A stretch of DNA of 64,000 nt, from NCBI GenBank assembly GCA_963783665.1, contig CAWANZ010000007.1:92793-156792 (forward strand), given 5' to 3'. Source of the stretch: Candidatus Aminicenantes bacterium. GTDB taxonomy: Bacteria; Acidobacteriota; Aminicenantia; Aminicenantales; UBA4085. The notes under the pieces are model-generated. The model had not been told where the DNA came from and ran no database searches. It saw only the letters and a program-made list of their open reading frames with translations. This document shows, in pieces, positions 7,773-17,503 of this stretch (position 1 is the stretch's first letter; each line of letters starts with the position of its first letter). The position numbers and the translations under genes are program-made.

Positions 7773-9712
7773 GGGCCGCTTCCTTTATTCCCGTTTTCCG
7801 TTTCCGGTAAAGGCCATTGTACCGTAAAGACCGCGCCGCGGCCAGCCTCGCTCCGGACGGAGATCCTCCCGCCGTGCTGCTCGACGATCCCGGCGGCGAC
7901 GGCCAGCCCGAGCCCGGTCCCCGAGGGCTTGGTCGTGAAGAACGGGTCGAAAATGCGGCCGATGATTTCGTCCGGGATCCCGGGCCCGGAATCGGCGAAC
8001 ATGATTTCAGCCTCCCGGCCGTCGGCCGATCGGCGGGTGGAAATCGCGAGCTCTCCGCCGGCGGGCATGGCTTCACAGGCGTTGAGAATCAGGTTCCAGA
8101 ACACTTGCTGGACCTTCGTCCCTTCCATGGGCATCGGGGGAAGGGAGCGGTCGAGGTCCCGGACGATCCGGACGTTGCGGGCCCAGGCTTGTCCGGACAG
8201 TAGCCCGACCGTCCGCTCGATGAGGGCATTGAGGTCGACGGCTGTTCGTTCCGGCGGCGTCCTCCGGGAATAATCCAGGAGGCCTTTGACGATCTCGGCG
8301 CACCGTTCCGTCTCTTCGGCGATGAGGCGGAGGGCGGCGGCCTGGGGATCGTCCGGGGTGGCCCGTTCGAGGAGGAGGTGGACATTCAGAAGAATCGCCG
8401 TGAGGGGATTGTTGATTTCGTGAGCGATGCCGGCCGAAAGCTGGCCAAGCGAGGCCATCTTTTCCGACCGGGCCATCGAATCCTGGATATTCCGGAGGGC
8501 CTGGTTTCGTTCCACGACCCGGCCCTCGAGTGTCCACGTCCACTGAAGGAGGTTCGCCTTGGCCTTCCGAAGCTCGGCCGTCATCCGGTTGAAGGCGGCC
8601 CCGAGCTCCCCGATTTCGTCGCGGCTGTTAACCTCGACTTGGAGATTCAAGTCACCCTGGGCGACCCGGGAGGCGGCCGCGGCCACCTCGCCGAGCGGGC
8701 GGACGAGGCGGCCGGTCAGACGGATCAGGAGGAACAGGAGAACGAGCGCGCCAAGGATGCCAAGAAAGGCGAATTTCAGGCTCAAGGCGTTGCGCAGGGC
8801 GATGAAGGGCCGCTCGCGGAGGCCGAGAATCAGCATCCCGGCGGGCGTCCCGTCGTGGTCTGCGAGCGGCTCGGCGGCGGCGATGTACCATTCGTCGAAA
8901 ACGCGGGCCCGTCCCGTCCAGGGCCGGCCGAGACGGAGCGCGTCGCGGAGGAGGGTCGGATCACCCCTGGTCCCCGTGACCCGGGCTCCTTCGGCATCGA
9001 CCAGCGTCGTGGCCGCCCGGATGTCGTCCTGGTAAATCGAAACAGCCCCTTCGTCGCCCGCGCCCGACGAGACGCCTTCAAACACGGTGGCCTTGATTTT
9101 GTCGACGATCTCGTTGTCGCCGCTGATCCGCCGGCCCCCGTAGAGTATCCCGATCACTTGCCCGGCCTTGTCGCGCATCGGAACGGCGGCGACAAGGACG
9201 AGAGCGGGGCCGGGGACTTCCAGCCACGTACTCTCCTTTCGGAGAGCTGAAGGGGAGATCCGGCGGGTCGCCACGATTCGTTCGCCCGCAAGAATCTTTT
9301 TGAAGAAAGGATCCAGATCGAGGAAGTCTCCGACCGGAGCGTTCGAATCCGACCGGGCGAGGACCCGGCCTTCGGCGTTTGCAGAGGTGAGAAAATCGAG
9401 ACGGCCGATTTGGGCGACGCGGCCGAGGATGGCTCCGAGGGCGGGATCCGACGGATTGTCGATGCGCAGGCGTATCGCGTCGCGGTCGGCCGCCGAGGCG
9501 ACGGCCGTCATCATGTTCTCTAGAATCGAGGCGTAGACCGTCCGGGCCGAGATGAGGTCGTGGCGAACCCGGGTTTCGGCCAAGGAAATGATTGTCCGAT
9601 GTTCGAGCCGCGTCCCGATCAGGAGGACGAACAGGCCGCCGAGAACGATGTTGGCAAGAATCAGGATGAGGATTTTTCGCCGAAAAGGAAGGTCGCTCCA
9701 CCGAAAAACCAT
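7769..9712 (-). CDS. sensor histidine kinase (TM - periplasmic Cache-like - TM - HAMP - HisKA - HATPase)
   Basis: Two TM segments flank a ~270-aa periplasmic region. H-box SAGIAHEINNPL, N box NLILNACEAM, G boxes DSGPGI and GTGLGLA. Confidence 0.9.
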   Translation of the reverse strand: MVFRWSDLPFRRKILILILANIVLGGLFVLLIGTRLEHRTIISLAETRVRHDLISARTVYASILENMMTAVASAADRDAIRLRIDNPSDPALGAILGRVAQIGRLDFLTSANAEGRVLARSDSNAPVGDFLDLDPFFKKILAGERIVATRRISPSALRKESTWLEVPGPALVLVAAVPMRDKAGQVIGILYGGRRISGDNEIVDKIKATVFEGVSSGAGDEGAVSIYQDDIRAATTLVDAEGARVTGTRGDPTLLRDALRLGRPWTGRARVFDEWYIAAAEPLADHDGTPAGMLILGLRERPFIALRNALSLKFAFLGILGALVLLFLLIRLTGRLVRPLGEVAAAASRVAQGDLNLQVEVNSRDEIGELGAAFNRMTAELRKAKANLLQWTWTLEGRVVERNQALRNIQDSMARSEKMASLGQLSAGIAHEINNPLTAILLNVHLLLERATPDDPQAAALRLIAEETERCAEIVKGLLDYSRRTPPERTAVDLNALIERTVGLLSGQAWARNVRIVRDLDRSLPPMPMEGTKVQQVFWNLILNACEAMPAGGELAISTRRSADGREAEIMFADSGPGIPDEIIGRIFDPFFTTKPSGTGLGLAVAAGIVEQHGGRISVRSEAGRGAVFTVQWPLPETENGNKGSGP

Positions 9713-9728
9713 GTTTTTCGCTCGGGGG

Positions 9729-9777
9729 ACATTCTATCACAGAGAATGTTGACATGAGCCCAAAATCATGATAAATC
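9729..9777 (+). promoter_or_regulatory. candidate rrf2 promoter with an overlapping palindromic operator
   Basis: acattct-N7-agaatgt (9729-9749) abuts TTGACA (9749-9754). A 17-nt spacer follows, then TAAATC (9772-9777). Confidence 0.4.
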
Positions 9778-9816
9778 AGATAATCGATTGACACGGTCGA
9801 CTATTAGGAAAAGTCA

Positions 9817-10287
9817 TTGAGACTATCGACAAAAGGCGAGTATGCCAGCCGGGCGATGCTCGAGTTGGCGCTCCATTACGGGGAGGATCCTCTCCATATC
9901 CGGGACATCTCCAAGGCCCAGGATATCCCCGCGCGGTTTCTCGAACAGATCCTTCTCCAGATCAAACGGGCCGGTTTTTTAAAAAGCCGGAAAGGCCCCA
10001 ATGGCGGATATGTCCTGGCTAAACCGCCCGAAAAGATCTCCGTGGCCGAAATCATCCGGGTCATGGATGGTCCTTTGGCCCCGATCGATTGCGTCAGCGT
10101 CACCGCTCATGAGGTCTGTCCCAGGGAGAATTTCTGCGGCCTTCGTTGGCTCTGGAAGAAAAATCGCGACGCGATCGCCGAGATTCTCGAAGGAACTTCA
10201 TTTGCCGACGTAGCCGAAAGCACCCGGCAGGCGCTTCTAGCTTGGGAAGAAAAAAAGCATAATTCCTTACAGGAAAAGGAAAAATAA
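9817..10287 (+). CDS. Rrf2-family transcriptional regulator (IscR/NsrR-like; three Cys may bind Fe-S)
   Basis: MRLSTKGEYASRAML... wHTH. Cys triad CVSVTAHEVCPRENFC. TTG start. Confidence 0.85.
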   Translation: MRLSTKGEYASRAMLELALHYGEDPLHIRDISKAQDIPARFLEQILLQIKRAGFLKSRKGPNGGYVLAKPPEKISVAEIIRVMDGPLAPIDCVSVTAHEVCPRENFCGLRWLWKKNRDAIAEILEGTSFADVAESTRQALLAWEEKKHNSLQEKEK

Positions 10288-10346
10288 TTTTTTGAAAGAA
10301 TAATTGATATGATCAATAAACTATATCATCTAATTAGGAGTATCCG

Positions 10347-11324
10347 GTGAATCTGAGCAAAATCGCTGCTTTGGCGATTGTTTTGTCATGGACTTCCTTC
10401 TCGTTCGCTCAAGAGGCCGCCGCTCCGCCGGCGGTGACGGCGGGCAAGGCCGCAAAGCTTTCCGGGGTCATTCAAGTTTTGGGGAAAAAGCAGGAGGCCG
10501 GCGTGGATTCGGTTTCCGTTCGCCGGGCCCGGTTCAGCCTTTTGGTCGATCTTTCCAAATCCTTGAAGGGTAAATTCATGATTGATGCCGTTCGTTCGCC
10601 CGTCCTGGTCGAGGCCCAGATCGACGCCGTGTTCTCGGAAGCGGCGACGCTGCGATTCGGCCAGTTCTACGTCCCGTTCGGTTTCGAAAGCACGACATCG
10701 GCGTCGGACCTGGAAATGATCAATTACGCTCAGCCCGTCGAGAAGCTCGCCCCCGGCCGGGACTTGGGAACGTTCGGGCGGGACGTGGGGGCGACGCTGA
10801 CCGGCAGGTATTCGATCTTCGATTACAGCCTCGGATTCTTCAACGGGGCCGGAGCCAATAAAGCGGACACGAACGACAAGAAGGATTTCGCCGGACGGAT
10901 CCGGGTCAAGCCGTTCGACTTTCTCAGTCTCGGAGCCAGCCTTTACCGAGGTCTTTATAGCGCCGCGGCCGGGACGCCGGCGACGACCCGCGATCGGACC
11001 GGCCTTGATGCGGCCGTGTCGCTCGGCCGGGCGACCTTGAAAGGGGAAGTCATCTGGGCGGTCGACGAGGCCACCGACAAATTCGGCTGGTTTGTCCGGG
11101 GAGCGTATTTTGTCCTCCCCAAGAAGCTGCAGGTCGCGGCGATGTTCGACACGTTCGATAAAAACCGGGATGCCGGGAACGACCGGGTGGATGTCTATAC
11201 CGCCGGCCTGAACTGGTTTTTCGCGGATAAAACAAAGGTTCAGGTGAATTATGAATATTCGCGAAACGAGCGGGCCCAGACGGTCAACAAGGCCCTCCTT
11301 GTCCAGTTCCAGGCATCATTTTAA
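10347..11324 (+). CDS. phosphate-selective porin O/P-like outer-membrane porin
   Basis: Signal peptide (…SFSFAQE), beta-strand-rich alternating pattern and a C-terminal ...VQFQASF. Sits directly upstream of pstS. GTG start after AGGAG. Confidence 0.75.
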   Translation: MNLSKIAALAIVLSWTSFSFAQEAAAPPAVTAGKAAKLSGVIQVLGKKQEAGVDSVSVRRARFSLLVDLSKSLKGKFMIDAVRSPVLVEAQIDAVFSEAATLRFGQFYVPFGFESTTSASDLEMINYAQPVEKLAPGRDLGTFGRDVGATLTGRYSIFDYSLGFFNGAGANKADTNDKKDFAGRIRVKPFDFLSLGASLYRGLYSAAAGTPATTRDRTGLDAAVSLGRATLKGEVIWAVDEATDKFGWFVRGAYFVLPKKLQVAAMFDTFDKNRDAGNDRVDVYTAGLNWFFADKTKVQVNYEYSRNERAQTVNKALLVQFQASF

Positions 11325-11336
11325 AAGGAGCTTTCC

Positions 11337-12284
11337 GTGAAAAGAGCGATAAGCCTGATTTTCAGCGCGGCGTTCGTCCTTTCCGCTTCCGCCCTCGGGT
11401 GCGCCCAGACGCCTGTTCCCGAAGGACGAGTCTCGATTTCCGGCGCTTGGGCCCTCTATCCCATGGTCGTCAAGTGGGCGGAGGAATTCCAGAAGATCTA
11501 TCCGAAGGTGAAAATCGACGTTCAAGCCGGCGGCGCGGGCAAGGGAATCGCCGATGCCCTGGCCGGCATGGTCGATTTCGGCATGGTGTCGCGCGACATC
11601 CATCCCGTCGAAATCGAGAAAGGGGCGAAGCCGTTTGCCGTCACAAAAGATGCCGTTGTCCCGATGATTCATGCGAAAAACCCCTACCTCAAGACGATCT
11701 TGGAAAAGGGGCTGACCCGGCAGGCCTTTGTCGATATCTGGATCACCAAGACCGCGACGACCTGGGCTGTCGTGCTGGGGATCAAGGCTCCGGCGCCGAT
11801 CCATGTCTTCACCCGCTCGGACGCCTGCGGGGCGGCCGAAACCTGGGCGGCTTTCCTTGGAAAGCGGCAGGAAGACCTGGCCGGTGTGGCCGTCTACGGC
11901 GACCCGGGACTGGCCGACGCCGTCCGCCGGGATTCCCTCGGCATCGGCTTCAATAACGTCAATTTCGCCTACGACCCGAAAACGCTGGTCCCTGTGGCCG
12001 GTCTCATCGCCGTTCCTATCGACCTTAACGGAAACGGAACGATCGACCCGGCTGAGCGGTTCTACCAAACGCGGGACGACCTGACTCGGGCCATCGCCGA
12101 TGGGCGGTATCCCTCGCCGCCGGCCCGGGATCTCTATTTCGTCTCGAAGGGTGGGCCGACCAAGCCGGCGGCGGTCGCGTTCCTCCGCTGGATTCTCGGC
12201 GAAGGGCAAAAATATGTTCCCGAGACCGGGTATATCCGGCTTGGCGAGGACAAGCTCAAGGCGGGGCTCGAGAAGCTGAAATAA
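11337..12284 (+). CDS. pstS: phosphate ABC transporter substrate-binding protein
   Basis: Signal peptide and PstS-like sequence (SGAWALYPMV..., GGAGKGI, TRSDACGAAE). Followed by pstCAB. Confidence 0.9.
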   Translation: MKRAISLIFSAAFVLSASALGCAQTPVPEGRVSISGAWALYPMVVKWAEEFQKIYPKVKIDVQAGGAGKGIADALAGMVDFGMVSRDIHPVEIEKGAKPFAVTKDAVVPMIHAKNPYLKTILEKGLTRQAFVDIWITKTATTWAVVLGIKAPAPIHVFTRSDACGAAETWAAFLGKRQEDLAGVAVYGDPGLADAVRRDSLGIGFNNVNFAYDPKTLVPVAGLIAVPIDLNGNGTIDPAERFYQTRDDLTRAIADGRYPSPPARDLYFVSKGGPTKPAAVAFLRWILGEGQKYVPETGYIRLGEDKLKAGLEKLK

Positions 12285-12289
12285 AAACG

Positions 12290-13177
12290 ATGGCCAAACG
12301 GCTGCTGAAAGACCTCTTCGCCCGGCGGGCGATGTTATTTCTCACCGCCGTTCCGGGAGTTTTCGTCTTTCTGATATTGTTGGGTCTCTACGGCAAGTCG
12401 CGGAGCATCCTGGCCGTTCGTTCCTTCGGCGAGCTTCTCCTCGGGACGTCCTGGCATCCGCTGAAAGGCGAGTTCGGGCTCTACCCCTTTCTGATCGGGA
12501 CGTTCTGGGTGACCTTCGCGGCGATGATCCTGGCTGTCCCGATCTCGCTTCTCTGCGCGATTTATCTTTCCGAATACGCTCCCCGGCGAGTCCGGGAAAT
12601 CATCAAGCCCGTCGTCGACCTCCTGTCCGGGATCCCCTCGGTCGTGTTCGGCGTCTGGGGCGTCCTGATGATCGTGCCGCTGGTGGCCAAGATCGCCCCT
12701 CTGTTCGGAAAATATTCTTCCGGGTACTCCGTGCTGGCCGGGGCGATTGTCCTGGCGATTATGGTTTTTCCGACGATCATTCATGTCTCGCTGGAAGTCT
12801 TCGCTGCGGTGCCCCAGTCGCTTCGGGATGCGTCGCTTTCGCTCGGAGCGACGAAATGGGAGACCGTCAAGCACGTCGTCTTGCGAAAAGGCCTGGCCGG
12901 GATGCTGGCTTCCGTCGTCCTCGGGTTTTCCCGGGCGTTCGGAGAAACGATGGCCGTCCTGATGGTCGTCGGCAACATCCCGGTGATCCCGAAATCGCCG
13001 TTCGACAGCGCCTACCCGCTGCCCGCCCTCCTGGCCAACAACTACGGGGAAATGATGTCGATTCCCTTGTACGACGGGGCGTTGATGCTGGCCGCCCTGG
13101 TCCTGCTCCTGATCGTCCTCATCTTCAACGTCATCGCCCGGATCGTCCTGATGCGGGCGGAACGAAAGGCGGAGTGA
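12290..13177 (+). CDS. pstC: phosphate ABC transporter permease PstC
   Basis: Six TM segments and the EAA-type loop SLRDASLSLGATKWETV. Confidence 0.9.
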   Translation: MAKRLLKDLFARRAMLFLTAVPGVFVFLILLGLYGKSRSILAVRSFGELLLGTSWHPLKGEFGLYPFLIGTFWVTFAAMILAVPISLLCAIYLSEYAPRRVREIIKPVVDLLSGIPSVVFGVWGVLMIVPLVAKIAPLFGKYSSGYSVLAGAIVLAIMVFPTIIHVSLEVFAAVPQSLRDASLSLGATKWETVKHVVLRKGLAGMLASVVLGFSRAFGETMAVLMVVGNIPVIPKSPFDSAYPLPALLANNYGEMMSIPLYDGALMLAALVLLLIVLIFNVIARIVLMRAERKAE

Positions 13178-14035
13178 TGGGATTCCGGCGACGGAAAGCG
13201 GAAGAAACGCTCTTCAAGGCGTTGATGATCGGCTCGACCGTCATCGTCGCCGGGAGCTTTCTCCTGATCATCGGGACGGTCGTCGTCAAGGGATTTCCCG
13301 GCGCTGAACCTGGCGATGATCACCCAGACGCCCAAGGGCGGCTATTACCTGGGCAAAGAAGGCGGGATCCTCAACGCGATCGTCGGCTCGCTGGAGCTGG
13401 CCGGCGGGGCGACCCTCCTGGCCCTCATCCTCAGTCTGCCCGTCGTCCTTTATATCAACGTCTATTCCCGGCGGAAATCGCGGCTGGCCGTTTTCACCCG
13501 GTTTGCCCTGGATGTTCTTTGGGGGATCCCCTCGATCGTCTACGGGGCGTTCGGGTTCATCCTGATGATGATGGTCGGCCTGCGGACATCGCTTCTGGCC
13601 GGGATCATCACCGTAGCTCTCCTCGAGCTTCCGATCATGGCCCGGGCGATGGACGAAGTCGTCCGGCTCGTGCCCCATTCGCTCCGCGACGCCTCGGCCT
13701 CGCTCGGAGCGACAAAGCTCGAGACGGCCTTCCATGTCATCGTCCGGCAATGCCTTCCGGGGATCATCACCGCGATCCTGATCGCCTTCGGCCGGGGCAT
13801 CGGCGACGCCGCCTCGGTCCTCTTCACTGCCGGCTTTTCCGACCGGATCCCCTGGAACCTGTTCGAGCCCGCGGCGACCCTGCCCCTGGCGATCTTCTTC
13901 CAGCTCGGCACGCCGTATCCTGAGGTTCAAGCGCGGGCTTATGCTTCGGCCGCCATCCTGACGATCATCATTCTCGTGGTCAGCCTTCTTTCGCGGTGGT
14001 TCAGCCGCAAATTCCGAAAAAACACGATTCACTAG
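13177..14035 (+). CDS. pstA: phosphate ABC transporter permease PstA (one +1 frameshift near 13296-13303)
   Basis: The N-terminus MGFRRRKAEETLFKALMIG...VVKGFP is in frame 1. The rest (ALNLAMITQTPKGG...) is in frame 2 (track ORF 13316..14035). An extra G in tttcccgGcgctg breaks the gene. EAA loop SLRDASASLGATKLETA. Confidence 0.85.
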
Positions 14036-14042
14036 GACGCCC

Positions 14043-14804
14043 ATGAGCGAACAGACGCATATCTCCATCCGGAACTTGAGTGTGGCGTACGGCCGGCAGC
14101 AAGTCCTCAAGGATGTTTCCCTCGACATCCCGGACCGCCGGGTCACGGCCATCATCGGACCTTCGGGCTGCGGCAAAACGACCTTGCTTAAAACCCTCAA
14201 CCGGCTGCTCGACGGCGTGGACGGAGTGAAAATCGAAGGCCAGGTCCTCGTCGACGGCGAGAATATCTACGACCCGAAGGTCGAAGTCACCCGGATCCGG
14301 CAGAAAATGGGGCTGCTGTCCCAGAAGCCGCAGGTCCTGCCGATGTCGATTTTCGACAACATCGCCTATGGGCCGAGAATCCACGGCATCCGGGACAGGG
14401 CGAAGCTTCGGGAAATCGCCCAGAAGCAGCTCGAAGCGGCCGGACTCTGGGACGAGGTCAAGGATCGCCTCAACGATCCGGCTTCGCGGTTGTCCGTCGG
14501 CCAGCAGCAGCGGCTGTGCCTGGCCCGGGGCCTGGCCGTCGAGCCCGAGATCATCCTGGGCGATGAGCCCACCTCCGCCCTCGACCCGCAGTCAAGCCGG
14601 ATTGTCGAACAGCGCCTGATCCAGCTCAAGGCGGATTACACGGTCATCGTCGTGACCCACATCCTCCGGCAGGCCCGGCGGATCGCCGATTACATCGCCT
14701 TTCTCTACCTGGGCGAGCTGGTCGAGCATGGTCCCGCGGCCGAAGTGTTCGCCGCGCCGAAAGACCCGCGGATGAAGGCTTATCTCACCGGCGAAATCTC
14801 TTAA
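14043..14804 (+). CDS. pstB: phosphate ABC transporter ATP-binding protein
   Basis: Walker A GPSGCGKTT, signature LSVGQQQRL, Walker B IILGDEPTSALD. Confidence 0.95.
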   Translation: MSEQTHISIRNLSVAYGRQQVLKDVSLDIPDRRVTAIIGPSGCGKTTLLKTLNRLLDGVDGVKIEGQVLVDGENIYDPKVEVTRIRQKMGLLSQKPQVLPMSIFDNIAYGPRIHGIRDRAKLREIAQKQLEAAGLWDEVKDRLNDPASRLSVGQQQRLCLARGLAVEPEIILGDEPTSALDPQSSRIVEQRLIQLKADYTVIVVTHILRQARRIADYIAFLYLGELVEHGPAAEVFAAPKDPRMKAYLTGEIS

Positions 14805-14881
14805 TTTCTCATTTCCTTCCTTCTTGGGCCCGCCCCGGACAGCCGCCAAAAAACCGTTTTACGGTATGATAGGGTTGAACG

Positions 14882-15739
14882 ATGAAAAAAAAGACGCGTT
14901 TTACCGCGGCCGCCGTCCTCGCGCTTTTCGCCGGAGGGATCGTTTATCAGCTCTTCTGGGGAAAATTATTCGCTTATGCTCCCTTTTTTCCCGGATTTTC
15001 GAAACGGGACACGGCGGGGACGACGATTCATGTCCAGCGGGAGGCCCGCTTTGCGGAGGCAGAAGCCGTCGACGCATGGCTGTCTGAGGTCGAGGGGACA
15101 CACGGCCTGGCCTTTGTGCGGAAACCGAAAATATTCGTCTTTTGTGATGATCGTGACTATGACCGTCGCTCCTTGTCTCGAACCAGGTTTTACACTTATC
15201 CCAACGGGAGCATCATCATCCGGCCGGGGGCGCTGCAAGAAGCCAGGGAAGGCCGCATTTCCCTGGAGATCTACATGAAGCACGAGCTGTCGCACGCGCT
15301 CCTCTTTCAACACATGAAGCCGGTGGCCGCCTATTTCACCTTCCCCCGGTGGCTTCAGGAAGGACTGGCCGTTTCCCGCTCCGGCCAGATGGGGACGTCC
15401 TGGTATCCGGGCAAGGCCGAAACCCTCGACCTTATCCGGCGGGGGAATTTTTTCCCGCCGGATGATTTCGGAAAAAAACGCGGCGACCGAGCGGCCCTCG
15501 ACGTTCAGAACCGGAGCGCCTTTCTCTACTCCGAATTCGCCTGTCTCGTCGAGGCGTTGATCGAATCCTACGGCGAGGAAAAATTCGAAGCGTATCTCCG
15601 CCGCTTGATGCGCGGGCGCCGGTCCGGGGCCGCGTTCTCCGAAACCTTCAGGACGGACTTCGACGCCTTCTTGCGAAGCTTCCAGGCCGCTCTCGGGGAC
15701 CGGGGCGCTTCTCCCGGTCAGTTCGTTCCCGGCCCGTAA
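14882..15739 (+). CDS. hypothetical membrane-anchored HExxH protein (putative MA-clan peptidase-like)
   Basis: N-terminal TM segment and an HELSHAL (HExxH) motif. No closer family recognised. Confidence 0.45.
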   Translation: MKKKTRFTAAAVLALFAGGIVYQLFWGKLFAYAPFFPGFSKRDTAGTTIHVQREARFAEAEAVDAWLSEVEGTHGLAFVRKPKIFVFCDDRDYDRRSLSRTRFYTYPNGSIIIRPGALQEAREGRISLEIYMKHELSHALLFQHMKPVAAYFTFPRWLQEGLAVSRSGQMGTSWYPGKAETLDLIRRGNFFPPDDFGKKRGDRAALDVQNRSAFLYSEFACLVEALIESYGEEKFEAYLRRLMRGRRSGAAFSETFRTDFDAFLRSFQAALGDRGASPGQFVPGP

Positions 15740-17346
15740 ACGAAGATCCCCGCGGAGAGGATAAGATCCTCGTCGAATTGGCCGGCGGGATATTCGCCTT
15801 TCTGATCCCAGCCTTTAAAAACGCCGTCCTTGCCGGGGGAGGCGATCAGGTATCCGTCGGTTCCCGTCTTTTTGTAAAGGAGATCGTTGCCCCAGGCGTC
15901 TTTCAAGGGGAGTTCCTTGATATACATGGGCGCCAGGATCGTTTGAAGCTCGGCCAGCGATCCGGCCTGGGGGGATTTCGCGTTGTCGACGATGAAGCCT
16001 TCGATGGCCAGGCCGACCGTTTTGAGCGTGGCCATCGTGCTGTTGACCTTGGCTTTGTCGCCTGCCTGGGCGAGAGCGGGGCCGGCGGCGGCCGCGGCCA
16101 GGCCGGCCGCAGTTGTCATCGGAGCCATGACCATCGACGTCAGGGACATGTTGTGACAGGAGGTCCAGACGATTCCGTCGAACCGGCGTTCCATCACAGA
16201 GAGGGCTTTCAGGTCGCGGGGAATGGATTTGAAGAGCGCGTCCGCGATTTGTTTGTCTTCGGGTTTGGCGGTCGCCGCTTTCTCGATCAGGTCGACATAG
16301 ATTTGAAAGAGCCGGGGAGAGAGGTAGGCGAATCCGTTGCCGCGGGCCGGGACGTGGGCCGCAAGCTCTTTGAATTCGGCCTCGCCGGCCAGGCCGCCGG
16401 TGCCGGCCCGGGCCTGGAGAAGGGCTTCCGCCCGGCCGGGGGAGGTGGCCACGATGACAAATCCTTCGCTCATCACGATGCAGGGTTCCAGCGGAATCGG
16501 CGCGGGAATGGCGGAAAACTGAAGCGTTTTCCGGCCGTCTTTTTCCGTGAATGCGGCCATCGGAAGCTTGGCTTTCAGCAGGTCGAAAAAGGTCGAATCC
16601 TTAGTCCCGATGACGATCGCCAGGCCGGGCTCGGGGATAGTCGATCCCGATTCATCGCCGGGCAGGGCGATGGTTTTGGCCTTGTCCAGGGTGACAATGT
16701 AGCCGATGGATCCGCTGAGCGATCCGAGAAGCTTGGGAAGGTCGACGCCCTGGGCGGCCAGCGTTGATTCGGCCTGGCCGGCGAACTTCTGGACGTCGGC
16801 AAGGCCCGAGGCCTCCAACTCTTTTTTAATCCAGGCCCAGACCGTGTCCAGGCGGAATTCGCCGAACGCGGCCAAGGCGGTGTCGGCCGGAAGGAGCTTG
16901 ATCTCGGAAAGGGTGCGCGGCCCGGCGGGGGCGGTTTGCCAGATCAAGCCCGTGTTCTTCTCGGCGTCGTGATGGACCACCATGCGGGTTCGTTGGAGCC
17001 CGCCGGGGAGGGAGACGTTGCTCAGGCCGAGGCCGGAGATTTCCTTTATCCCGGACTTGTCGATGAGGTTGAAGATGAAGGGAAGGATCGCCGCTTCCTT
17101 GCTATCGGCTTCGATGGGAAGCGCCTTAGAGAGCTGGGCGAATAAACCTTCGATCGACCGGATGAGCTGCTCCGTGCTGAGGTAGCCGTACAAGTCGCCT
17201 CCCGAATCGAGGCGGGAAGTGACCGGGACGAAGCTGGTGGGCTCGGCCGGCTTTATCTTATTGGGGAGACGGGCCGGGCCAAAAAAATACATTGCGGCAG
17301 CTCCGGCCAAGAGACCGACAAGGATGAGAACAAGGGCCTTTTTCAT
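15718..17346 (-). CDS. large N-terminally anchored protein with C-terminal GspG/pseudopilin-like globular domain
   Basis: Start chosen at MKKALVLILVG... (GAAGGAG RBS). The C-terminus LKDAWGNDLLYKKTGTDGYLIASPGKDG resembles the T2SS GspG C-terminal domain. The prepilin GFTLxE motif is absent. Confidence 0.55.
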   Translation of the reverse strand: MKKALVLILVGLLAGAAAMYFFGPARLPNKIKPAEPTSFVPVTSRLDSGGDLYGYLSTEQLIRSIEGLFAQLSKALPIEADSKEAAILPFIFNLIDKSGIKEISGLGLSNVSLPGGLQRTRMVVHHDAEKNTGLIWQTAPAGPRTLSEIKLLPADTALAAFGEFRLDTVWAWIKKELEASGLADVQKFAGQAESTLAAQGVDLPKLLGSLSGSIGYIVTLDKAKTIALPGDESGSTIPEPGLAIVIGTKDSTFFDLLKAKLPMAAFTEKDGRKTLQFSAIPAPIPLEPCIVMSEGFVIVATSPGRAEALLQARAGTGGLAGEAEFKELAAHVPARGNGFAYLSPRLFQIYVDLIEKAATAKPEDKQIADALFKSIPRDLKALSVMERRFDGIVWTSCHNMSLTSMVMAPMTTAAGLAAAAAGPALAQAGDKAKVNSTMATLKTVGLAIEGFIVDNAKSPQAGSLAELQTILAPMYIKELPLKDAWGNDLLYKKTGTDGYLIASPGKDGVFKGWDQKGEYPAGQFDEDLILSAGIFVYGPGTN

Positions 17347-17503
17347 TGGGTTCTCCTTCACACTCTACGGGAGATTATGAGGGAAATGGAGGTTAAAGAA
17401 AAGGACTTGACTTTTAGAAATATTGAATTATATTAATAATGTACTATAAGAATAAGACAATGAGACAATGGTTAAATAGGACAACAAAAAGGAGGCCTCG
17501 GGG

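Noticed and set aside
10288-10346. A Pho box upstream of the porin/pst genes.
   Set aside because: Only a short tgatat/atatca inverted repeat is present. There are no tandem CTGTCAT-like direct repeats.
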